A stretch of 64,000 bases of DNA from Vicugna vicugna (taxonomy: Eukaryota): the NCBI GenBank assembly GCA_013265495.1, contig MU058221.1:3224001-3288000 (forward strand). The letters are read 5' to 3'. A model generated the notes under the pieces. The model did no database searches and was not told the origin of the DNA. It saw nothing but the letters and a program-made list of their open reading frames with translations. The position numbers were made by a program, and so were the translations under genes. Positions 36,550 through 47,795 of this stretch are shown here, piece by piece (position 1 is the stretch's first letter; each line of letters begins with the position of its first letter).

Positions 36550-37019
36550 TGTCATGCCAACAACCATTTTTCCCCCTTCCCTAAAATTGAAAAAAAAAAA
36601 AAAAGACACAAAATTAAACTGCTGTGGTAAAGTACCGAGACAAAAAAAAAATGAATTTTTAGTTTGGTGGAGGATAATGAAACATGAGCCAAAGTTGTCA
36701 GAGGCCCCTTCGAGCAGTCTCTTAAATGAGGGTGATGTGACTGGAAGGCAGGCATCCGTTTTGCCCTTATTTCCTTCTCCATCTTCCTGTGCAAATGACT
36801 GCTAGTCAGTTGCTGCCCCATGACTGGCCAGGAAGTGGTCCCAAGGATGGTAACCAAGTCCTAAAAAGGGCAGAGCAGGAAGAAAGAAGGGCCCTGAACA
36901 TTAAGGACCTTCTGATCCACAGGAACTCACCATGGGCTATTATCCTCAGGATTTGCTGAGTTTCAGTAGATGAACGCAGTTAACGGTATTACGTGACCTT
37001 CAGTAATGCTCTTACAACT

Positions 37020-38790
37020 CTCCATCTGGTTCGTTCATCCATAGATGGTACTCTTTGAATCCTCACTTTTTAGGTGAAGAGACCAAATGTGGCGTTATCT
37101 TTCTTATGACCTCTCCCCCTGCCTCCCTGTAAACTTCCTGACTTCTGTAAAAGTGTGTATTTATTTTCATATTTCAAGGTCAATTGTATTTACATTCTGT
37201 TCTGTAATCACGACTGACTATCTTAGATTTCGTCTGTAGTTTGATTTTAAGACAAGAATCTGCACCTCTTGGGGAGTGATGGAGATGTCAGCGATCTTGA
37301 TCATGGTGGTGGTTTCACAGGTGTCTGCACCTATCAGAATTCATCAAATGGTACTTCTGAAATCTGTGTAGTTTACTGCACAGGAATTATACCACAATGA
37401 AGGTGTTAAGAAAAGAAAGAAGAAGTTAAAAAAATAAACCACAAAAAGGGAAGAAAGAAAAGAAAATCAATAATTAGTATTTACATGTTTTAAAACCTGC
37501 TCATACTGTTCACTGTAGTCAAGTAGAACACTCAACATCTCTATCATTTTTTGTGTGTATTTTGTATTTTTTCCTAGCATATTTATCGATTCCTTTTTCT
37601 TTTTTGCCTTGTGTCTTAATCATAACCTAAATTTCTTCCTAAAATTCTCAACCATACCCTCCAGCTTATTTAATAACTTTTATTCCCCAAGACGCCCCTC
37701 CCGACGCTCCCCTCCCCGTGTCTGATGTGCTGCTCTCGAGTCCAGCTGTGCGGAGGGCATCCTGGGCCCTCACTTATCCTTGCGTCTGAATCTTTCTTTC
37801 CTGGATCATTTATTATCACTTTTCTTGATTTACATTCTCCTTCCTATGACTTTTTAAGCAAATTTGTCTGTTCAGTAAACTTTCTGACACTTTGCTTATC
37901 AGTAAATATCACCTTGTTGCTTTCACACTGATCATCTGACTTTGCTCACCCACTTCCAGATTTAAAAAAACTTTCTTCTCAAAATTTTACGGGAGTTTCC
38001 CCCTTGTGTCCTAGCAACAAAAGCAGACAGTCAAATATCTGACCTCTGTCTTTGTTTTATAAAATGTCCTTTGTTTTCCTCAGTATGGGGAAAATTTTCA
38101 ACACGTTATCTAAATGTGACATATGGGTCTTTTATCATTTGCCATGCTTGGAACTTGGTAAGATTTTTCAATTTTTAGATGGATATTTCCATTCTGCTTT
38201 GGAAAATAATCTCATATTGTTTCTCTGGCAAATTTTTCCTCATTGTTTTCTCTATTATTTCTTTTTTGAGACTCCCATAAATCCAATTTCGGGCCTCCTG
38301 AATTAATGTACTTTTTTATTAACGTCTATATTTTTGTCTTCTTGATATCTGTGGTACATTTTGGGAAATATTCCCAAATTTACTACTTAGGCTTCTACGT
38401 CTATAATTGTGACTATACTGAAAATTTTATTTACATTTCCAAGAAATTCTTATTTTTTCTGTGCCTTCTTCATAGCATTGCATTTTTGTTTTAAGGATAC
38501 TCTTATATTTTTCTAATTTTTCTGCCAAAAAAAATCGTAACTCTAAAAATTGATCTTTGGTTCTCTCAATTTTTTTCCTGTTTCTTCTAGGGAGGGTTTT
38601 ACTATGGTCTTTCTTCCACAGGGCAGATTCAATCCAAATATTTGTTAATTCTCGGTTGGTTGTCTGCATGTAAGTATGATGCAACAGAAATGGGAAATAA
38701 GTTGACAAATGAAATTATACTTTTAGGGTGAAAAAGGAGAAGTAAAGCATGATGTATGGTCCCACACATTCCAGAATATAAGTTTTTACT
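37020..38790 (-). mobile_element. Very old L1M fragments, including a sense L1MB/MC 3' end at about 37265-37470
   Basis: T-rich antisense L1 ORF1-like sequence; GATCTTGATCATGGTGGTGGTTTCACAGGTGT...AATTCATCAAATGGTAC followed by an A-rich tail. Confidence 0.55.
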
Positions 38791-39318
38791 CTGAGGCTTA
38801 GACCTGCACTTGGTAGCAAAGTTATTAAATTTATATGAAAATTAGTATTTTGTGGCTCTTGTTCATCTCACAGATTAAACACACATTTATTTAGTTCTTT
38901 TTAATGTGCTAGGCTGTATTATAAGCCTGGAGCTACAGTCGTGAAAATAAGCACACAAAATCTTGTGATCTTATAAATAATAAAGAAAATAAATAGAAAG
39001 GAGAATAAGAAATGAGTGCAAGTATGTGTATGGGGAGGTCAGGCCAATGTTTTATTTTGTTTTACTTTTTCTCATTATTTACTTGACATCTAGTTTTTGC
39101 TTAGGGAGTAAATGTTTGGCTATAAAAATTAATTACTGAAGTGCAGGTGGACAATTTTCTATTAAAAGAGACTTGATTTATTTTTTAAATGGCATAGCTA
39201 AAGATAATTAGGACTCAGGGAACGCACTGTGGGACAGACACTATTTTAGTCATTTTCCATATTTCTAAAATTTACATTACATCATTTACTTACTCTTCAC
39301 ATTAACACTATGAAGTAG

Positions 39319-39391
39319 GTTCTAACATCACTACCTTTTTAATAAGATAAATCTGAGTTCTAACATTACTACCTTTTAATAAGATAAATCT
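39319..39391. repeat. Near-perfect tandem duplication (about 38-bp unit) within a MIR remnant
   Basis: GTTCTAACATCACTACCTTTTTAATAAGATAAATCTGA followed by GTTCTAACATTACTACCTTTTAATAAGATAAATCT. Confidence 0.9.
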
Positions 39392-40719
39392 TGGTTTAAA
39401 ATAAATCTTAGGGACAAGTATGTTAATCATACTCCCTACAATTAATTTAAAAAGTAACCCATACTCATAAATGTGTATTAGTTTATAAATTGCATCCTTA
39501 TGCTACTGTAATTAATCTGTACATTAGACGTACCTGGGTTTGCTAGATACTAAATATAGTAGAAGTTTTCTTCCCCCTTCATTGAAGTTCACTTGATTAC
39601 CTTGCACATACTCTCCCTGTCACTATCGAGCAGTTTAGAAAAGGGAGAAATACATTCCCGAAAAGTGCCACCGAGAGGACCCCTGCAATCCAGAGAGTAA
39701 CTTCAGCTGGGTCCTGAGCAATGTGTGGTATTTCAGGGCATGGAAATGAGCACAAAGACTTCTCCATTCCAAACGCATCAGCAACATATCAGGAGGCAGG
39801 AGGATCAAGTGATCACCTGAGCAACACTAAGTCAGTCTGCACAGAGCAGGACGCACCGAAGAGATGAGAGGGAGAGGCCTGAAAAATGGATTAGAACAGT
39901 ATCATCAAGGCTTCCTTCAGGGCAAGAGCATGCGGACCTTGTCCGTTAACAATGGGAGTTAGGGAAACGTTTTGAAACTGATGAGTGAGGGGATGAAAAG
40001 GTATTCATGTCGCTTCCCCCAGTTAAAAAAGAAAAACAAACCCAGCAGTTATAAAGATCTTAAATTTTCCTTTTCACGAAAACAGCAAACAGTATTTTGG
40101 ACACCCTGACGTCTACTCCGCTTTCTCCCTTGACTCCTCTCCATCTAACGTTGTAATTTCCTTTGCTAACTTCAGAGTAAGTATGTTTATATCCTAGATA
40201 AACTTACCAAATGATTGAAGTATACGCTTGTAGCTGTTAAGGGCACAGCCTGGAAATCTGATTTCCTGACTCTCAGTCCGTGACGCCTCACGTGTTGTTT
40301 CCAATTAGTTTTACACAATTGAGTCGTAAATGCCTATGGCCAGTTTAATACGTAACAATGAAAAAGACACGTAGGCACGCACACCTATGAAAAGAAATAG
40401 AAAATTTATTGTTATGGGGCTCCCTGCGTGCCTGATCTAGAGGGGTCCACTTCATCTCTGCCTCCTGAGACATTCCAAACTTGGTATTGAAAAAAAGATT
40501 GTATTAAATAGACAAAACATCGAAGGCAATTAATTACATTTATTTTATAAGTTTATCACAAATGCTTTTACAGAAATAAATAAATGACGTACTGTCTCTT
40601 TTATATATTGCCATGTATGATTTGAGTTTAACCTCCATGTAACACAACATTTTACTAGTATCGCAATATGCATTGAGCAGTAGTCATTTTATTTTATTTT
40701 AATTCCTATACTCTAGATG

Positions 40720-41975
40720 ACTTTGTTTGAAATTGGAATTACCTGTGAATATTTAGTTCTACCTAACTATAAAACAACCAACTGGTCTTGATAGTTGTTT
40801 TGCAAAAATATCTTCTTTTTCTGAGTGCATTTCTTTCTTCTTGTGTCAGTGGTAGTAACTTTTATTTTTCTTAAGATATATTCATTTACCAAAGTTTCAA
40901 ATGAATAGGATATAAAGTTTTGATAGTAAGTTTACTTCTTTTTAATTGCTAATATTATTTATGTCTAAATTAATCTAGCCAACTGCTATCAATGTTATTA
41001 CTTTTAAAAAAGGAGATTCTTGACTGTGTTCATTCCCTATTTGACTTTGATTTTAATGAATTTTATAAACATTACCTTTCTTTTTGCTTCATTGAAATAA
41101 TATATACTCCCTCCTTTTTCAACATTTAGAATTGGTTACTTAGTTCAATCGTTAGAGATTTCAACACTTTTGAATATAAATTCTTGGGATCATAAGTTTC
41201 ATTTTATCGCTATCATAGTGATATTTCTAAGTTTTAAATATACCATTTTTCTAACCCAGTTTTAAATATTTTTTCATATCCATTATGATTTTTTGTTTGA
41301 TTTATAAGTTGGTAATTTTTTAAAATTTCTCACCATAATTTCTGTATTTATTAACTGAATTGCACTGTGGTTGCAGTCCTGATGTGCAGAGTTTCAAACC
41401 TTTGAAATTTGTGAGCCTTGGTGCATGGTCCAGCGTACTGCAGATTTTAATAAGTTTCATGTATTCTTCAGCTGTTGGTTGTAATTTTCATGTCCACCCA
41501 CTGGATCAAGTTATTTTAGAGAATTTTTTGAATCTTCTAAGTCTCTCGTATTTTTGCTTGAATTTACTAAATACAAAACGAGATAAAAGATTTATTATTT
41601 CCTCCTTTAGGTTCTGCCAGTTTGTGTTCAAGATATTCTGAGATGATGTTTTCAGACATGCATGAGTGAAGATTGGTTTACTGGTTTTTAATCATCCTGG
41701 TAAATCGAAGTTTTTAACATAGTGAAGTACTTCTCTTCATCTTTATTACTTAGATCTATGTTATTTGCTATTAACAACTATTAATATAACTTCACCAACA
41801 TCATTTAGGTTAGCACTTGCCTGATACATCTTTTTCTATTTCCTTTCTTAGGATCTCATTGTCCTGATATGATCAGTGAATTCCAGCTGACAGCATAAAA
41901 CTCAAATTAAATTTTTAGAGTATAGTTGGCTGTTCTTGTCTGTTAAATTAAGATTTTAGTCCATTTATATTACTG
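40720..41975 (-). mobile_element. Ancient L1ME ORF2 5' region
   Basis: AATTGCACTGTGGT...TTTGAAATTTGTGAG...GTATTCTTCAGCTGTTGGTTGTAAT...TTTAGTCCATTTATATT, antisense L1 endonuclease region. Confidence 0.65.
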
Positions 41976-41984
41976 CTTAATAAA

Positions 41985-42250
41985 CGCAGCCACAATATAG
42001 TGGTTAAGAAGATAAACATTGGAGGCTGACTTCGTGTTTGAATTCTGGTTCTGTCACTTATTAGCAATTAATGACCCTGGGAAGGTCATTAAAACGTTCT
42101 GAGCTCCTCTCATTATTTGTTAATTTATATTTATACCAGCAATCGTCTTTATGGGGCTCTTGTAAAAATTAAACGAGTCAGTATTTGCAAATTCTTTCCA
42201 GCACTGTCTGGAAGGTAATAGGTACTATATAATTATTTGTTATTATTATA
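41985..42250 (+). mobile_element. MIR SINE, near full length
   Basis: ATAGTGGTTAAGA...TTTGAATTCTGGTTCTGTCACTTATTAGC...TGACCCTGGGAAGGTCATTAAA...TATTATTAT. Confidence 0.8.
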
Positions 42251-43072
42251 TTTGAACTAAATTCGCCGACTTTTCTTTGGCTTGTTTTTGCACTGTATTC
42301 TTTATTGTTTTATTTGTTCTGCTTTTCCCCTTTTTACCGTTTATTGATTCAGTAAAGTAACTTTTCATCACATTCTATTGGCTTTATGATCTTTTTAAAA
42401 ATCCATCATGATTTTCCCAGCAAATAGTAAAAAGCCCATTCAAAAATTAAATATTTCCACAGATGAAAGAACAAATCAAGTAAATTACTCATTAAACTTT
42501 AACAGAACCCATGTTTAAGAAATATCTTACCCGACAACTTCCAAAAACTAAGAATATGTGTATAATCCTTTCTGTTTTGCTAAAATTCAATGTAAATATT
42601 CTTTCAATTAAATATTAGTGTATTTAGAACATGAGCTAGAGAATTGGGGAAAAATACATACTTTCGTATGGGAATATAGGATGATTTAGGCAAAAACTGA
42701 TTGATGATCAATTTTAAAAAAGAACGTCAGAAAATCTATTAGAGGTTGTCCTTTTTGGTTGAAATATTTTAATTATAAAGCATTAAAATAGGGCAAAAAA
42801 GGCTAATTCTTGGGAGCATTCCAATACTATCAGTGAGAAGGGGGAGTGTCTTTGGTGATTTATGTCTTGGACTCTTTGATTTGAAGATCAAAGAGTTTTC
42901 CTTCTTTCATTTTTAACACGCCATTAAAAAATTCTATTCTGTGGATCACGTCTTCAGCGTCTGCGTAGCCTCCATGCTAACTAGCTCCTCGCTTCACCAC
43001 GCCGCTAAGCACAGTAGGTCACGTTCCATGAACTTCTCCCCATCCAGATGCTCTGAGTGAAAATAGATTTAC

Positions 43073-43191
43073 CTTCGATGTGCGAAACCAAATGCTGAGT
43101 CTGACTCAGAGCTAAAACTGGGCTATGCTGCCTCTCAACGCGCAGACACTGAGACTCTGTTCAGCATCCCTCTGGGCAGTTTGAACAAACT
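43073..43191 (-). other. Candidate non-coding exon (119 nt)
   Basis: Minus strand: cttctgtcttcag|AGTTTG...ATCGAAG|gtaaat; stop codons in all three frames. Confidence 0.3.
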
Positions 43192-44043
43192 CTGAAGACA
43201 GAAGTGCGGTACCAGCGCGCACGTGCCAGTTCTGAATCCCAGTTTCTCAGAGTTTGTGGGAGCCTTGGATAATATGTGGTTCCATCTTCTCATTTTGCAA
43301 ACATGGAAACTGAGACTCCGAGAGAGAGCAGGTGACTTGCTTGTTACATTAGAGATTTCAGTGTCCATTCAGAGAAACACTACAGGTTGGTCACATTTAC
43401 GTGTATCGATGACAGTGTTTTGCTTGTTTGTTTTTTGGGGAGAAGGGTTTATGACACGTTGCTTTCCTACTGGATTGCAAGCTATTAAGGAGAAGAGCTA
43501 CATCTTGTTAAAATCCGCAGAGCAGCCCCTAATCCCTTCTCAAACTGAAGCCTAACCCCAGGCCTGGTGCTTATTAAGGATTCAATAAATGGTTGAATAA
43601 TTTATTTCTGGAGGAGCAACTGTAGAACCCTTGTGTTTGTAAACTGAAAGGCAACAGAAATGGATAGTACGGTGATAAACACTGGTGACAGAGAGGAGAG
43701 ATTGGCAATTCCATTTCACCCATAATCAGAAATCATAAAGCCATTGGGCATATGAAGGTACCTAACAGGACTTGCATTAAGGGACACAGACACCAAAATT
43801 TAGGGAAAGAACATGTTAGGTTCATATTATGAGTTATAAGCAGATTTCCAGCTTAGGAAATCTGAGGCTTCAGTTACGTAAATTTCTGGCAAAATGATAT
43901 TATTACATTAAATACCCAGTCTGTATTATTTTTTTTTAAGAATACTCCTAGTTTTTTGTTGATCTTTTTATGAACCAGCTTTTAGAACAGTGGACTCTAT
44001 AATGGTCAAGAACAACTAAATCCACTTAGTGTGAAAACTTAAT

Positions 44044-44055
44044 GAGTGTGTATAT

Positions 44056-44108
<53 letters not shown>

Positions 44109-44115
44109 TACATAT
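44044..44115. repeat. Compound (CA)n(TA)n(CA)n microsatellite at an L1 tail position
   Basis: Directly visible, adjoining the L1 3' end. Confidence 0.9.
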
Positions 44116-44480
44116 TCATTGAAGTATAGTCAGTTTACAATGTTGTGTCAATTCCTGGTCTACAGCACAGTGCTTCAGTCATACATGGCCATACATAGAT
44201 TCGTTTTCATGTTCTTTTTCACCATAAGTTATTATAAGATATTGAATAGAGTTCCCTGTGCTGTACAGTATGAACTTGTTGTTTATCTGTTTTATATGTA
44301 GTAGTTAGTATCTGCAAATCTCAAGCTCCCAATTTATCCCTTCCAACCCCCTTCCCTCCCTGGGAACCGTAAGTTTGTTCTCTACGTCTGTGAGTCTGTT
44401 TCTGTTTTGTAAATAAGTTCATTTGTCTTTCTTTTTTTAGATTCCCATATAAGTGATATCGTACGGCATTTTTTCTTTCA
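44116..44480 (-). mobile_element. Young L1 3' UTR fragment (camelid-type)
   Basis: ATTGAAGTATAGTCAGTTTACAATGTTGTGTC...GTTCCCTGTGCTGTACAGTA...TAGATTCCCATATAAGTGATATC; same type as 27495-27765. Confidence 0.92.
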
Positions 44481-46525
44481 TGGATGAGTCTCTGATCACC
44501 TTTCCTGAGGAAAGCTCAACGGGCAGGAGGAGAACTCTGCAGGCTGCTGGGGAAAGTGATGACGCAAGCCAGGCTCAGCTTGCTTCTCCCGTGGAAACAA
44601 GCCTCCTTCAAAATTACGGTGTCTCCAAAAACACAGGCTTGAGTTTCGTCCATGCTTAGTCCACTGTGCATTCAGCCACCTGTCCAGGGAGGCTGTCCTG
44701 CACAGGAAGGAGCAGCCGTCCATCTCCACATCAGCACACACTTCCTCCATCCCAGCAGCCCTCTCCCTAAACGCCGGTAGTAACATACTCATGTTTCCAT
44801 TCTCTGGTCCCTGTTTGAAGCGAGTCACACTGCGGCCAGATGGAAGCCGGGGGAGGGGAAGAATCTTTATTCCTGTGCTCAGCAAAGCAGTATCAGTGAC
44901 GGAGGCACTGTCTGCGAGAGAGAGGCACGAGCGTCTCTGGCTTTACGTTTGCTCAGACTCCAGGCGAAAGATGAAGGCATCTATTACAGTCCTAAAAGGT
45001 AACCGAGGCCACCCCATGAATAAAAAGCAGTTTATCTCCCACAGGAACCTCAAATTTATTTCGAAATGAAGAAGACAGCCTCTTGGTTCTCAGTCTCAGT
45101 TTAAGCCTGGCTGTAATTTTATGACATTTCCCACGTAGTTGAAAGTTACTCATTGCATCTCAAAGACAAAGGCCGTTAGTCCTCCTCTGGTCTGGGCACT
45201 CTGAACAGATTAGACAATGACAAAAGTAGTTTCTTCGGCAATGTTTTAAAAATCAAATTTCTGAGATTTTCCAATACAAGGTCGGTGCAGCTAGAATTCA
45301 ATATATACTCCCAGACATCAAACGGAGAGGCGGTGGTTTTAATGTGTGTGTGTGTGTGACAGCGTGTGTACGCACATTTTAATACAACTTCTGGTTAAAA
45401 AAGAAACAAAAGCTGAAAACAGAACAAAAAAGAAAAGGAAGAACGGGGAGGGCCTCTTTATTCATTCTTGGAAGCCAGCATTTAAAAAAAAATTCATACT
45501 TGTCTGGCACTAATGCAATGAACATTTCTAACCAACTACTGATAAATGGAGCCAATGGTGCATCCAGAAATTTTAGTTTTTCTTCACTTTTACCGTGGTT
45601 CTCCCTCATCCCTTTGCCAGCTGTGGGCTTTCTGTGGCTCTGAATACTTTCCGTGGTCTCGAATACAAGTGTATTATCCGTAACAAGAAGAGGGTACTCT
45701 AGGGTTTCTCCTATTTAGGGCTGTGGTCTCAGCCCATAGTAAAAATTAATATAAACAGTAAGTGAAAGGTTAACAAAATACTGTGTTAAATTTGAGGCTC
45801 TGAGGAATTAAATAACCTGACAAAAGAGCATTGAAAGTAAGTCAGATTTAGGATTCAAACTCAAGTCTCCTATATCTGAATCTGGGAAAGGTATGCTTAA
45901 GGAATAATCACTTCAGCTTGTTTTTGATTTTTTTCTTTTTTTCTGGTTACTTCTCCAAGAAAAAAAAAAGTGATAATTTCCTTCTTTAAAGTAAAATGAT
46001 AGATTTAAGAATCCTTAAAAGGTATTTTCCTTGTCCAACTGGATGGTTATTTTTTTGAGCTGCATAATCTCAGATCTCTTGTTTGTATAATAAAAATAAT
46101 TTTCTTTCATTTTATGCCAAGAATAAATGTCTCCAAAGAATATGCAGAAGAAATATATATGATATAAATTTCTTCAGATTCCTTACTTATAGTCCTTAGG
46201 GAATGATTCTCATAAAGAATCATCATCATTTCTTCCAAATGGCATATTATACTTGCTTCAATTAAGTATAAACGGAATACTGCATTTATTTACTTGTTCA
46301 AATCCAATCATTACATATGGAAATAATTAAAAGAGACCTGAGTTAAATTCTAAATTTATTTTATAAAAAGAAAATACTATGAATATTTTTGGATAGCAAA
46401 AGCAATTTGACAAGGGAGAGGAGCCTTGCTTCATGAGGTTATTTGTATGTTCTTCCCCGAGGGGGAGGGAAAGACTCTGCAGGCAGAACTTATTTATATA
46501 TTTGAAACTGCATCTTATTTCTCAC

Positions 46526-46778
46526 CTCGGGTATCTCCCCGTACGTGCCAACTGTAATCTATCAACAGCTGAACGGCTCGCTGCCCTGAAGTGTTCCTGC
46601 ACATGCCTGACTGAGCTATCGGAGAGGCTGCTCGGATTTTAGGTCCTTGCAGCTTACTGGTTCTGGCACATGTTGTAAGTTTGATTTCTTCTCAACTCCT
46701 GCTCTCTTCCATCAAAGGGGCCACTGTCAGGTAGTTCCGTAAAAACTGGTGAATTAGACAATTAACCATCTTTACTGC
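46526..46778 (-). other. Candidate non-coding or 5' UTR exon (253 nt)
   Basis: Minus strand: long T-run + actttgcacag|GCAGTAAAGATGG...GATACCCGAG|gtgaga; unique non-repeat sequence, GC-richer than flanks; no frame open throughout. Confidence 0.55.
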
Positions 46779-46914
46779 CTGTGCAAAGTAAAAAAAAAAA
46801 AAAGTAATTCTTATTACTCCAGGAAAAAAATCTTTACCGTTTATTTGAATTGAATGATTGAAGACCTCCAATAAGTTATAGTATTATATATTATTTTTTT
46901 CCTCAAAAGTTTAT

Positions 46915-47305
46915 TTTTTATTTTTTATTGAAGCATAGCTGATTTACAGTGTTAGTTTCAGGTATGCAGCAAGGGGATTCAGTTATGCATAAACATACGG
47001 ATATGTTTTTTTCTTTTCAGATTGTTTTCCATTCTATGTTATTTCCAGAAATTGAATATCGTTCCCTGTGCTGTACAAATAGGTCTTTATTGTGTATCTA
47101 TTTTATATATAGTAATGTGTGTCTGTTCATCCTCAACCTCTAATTTATCTCTCCCCATCCTTTCCCCACTGGTAACCATAGTTTGTTCTCTACGTCCCTA
47201 AGTCTGCTTTTGGTTTGTAAATAGAATGTGTATCATTTTTCTTACATTCCATTTACAAGTGCTATCATATGATATTTGCCTTTCTCTGTCTTACTTCATT
47301 CAAGT
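46915..47305 (-). mobile_element. L1 3' UTR fragment (somewhat older laurasiatherian or artiodactyl type)
   Basis: TTTTATTGAAGCATAGCTGATTTACAGTGTTAGTTTCAGGT...GTTCCCTGTGCTGTACAAATAGGTC...CTGGTAACCATAGTTTGTTCTCTA. Confidence 0.88.
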
Positions 47306-47444
47306 ACATACTATACTATAGAAATGCTGAAAGAAAGCCCAGTGTTACACTATGCTGAAAGGACTTTCTGGCCCACTTCCTGTACCTAGACGCCTGAGAT
47401 GAGACCAAAAACTCCCCTAGGATTTTGTGCTGTAATTTTTCCGT

Positions 47445-47795
47445 ATGTGACAGTCATTCGTGTTGATCCTCATATATTTCCAGGCATTTTAACATTTCAC
47501 TTCCCCACTCCCTTTGAAGGTAAGCATGACCACGTGACTTGCTTCAGCCAACAGATGTGGTGTATCTCACCCTTGAGTGGAAGCTTTAAGAGCTGGTACG
47601 CAGTTCTTCCCTCCTGTTTCAATAATTTTGGAAACAGACATCAAGACGAAGCCTCGGGTTGTCCTAGATTCTGGAGTAACTGAAAATCCCCAGTTGGGTG
47701 TGAATACGTGTAAGGAATACATTTTTGCTGTATTCAAGCACTAAATTCTTTTTTTCCCCCTTTACCTCAGCTTAACTTTCTGTCTTTCCAGATAC
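47445..47795 (+). mobile_element. Old MLT1 (I/J-like) LTR
   Basis: CACTTCCCCACTCCCTTTGAAGGTAAGCATGACCACGTGACTTGCTTCAGCCAA...GGAAGCTTTAAGAGC. Confidence 0.6.
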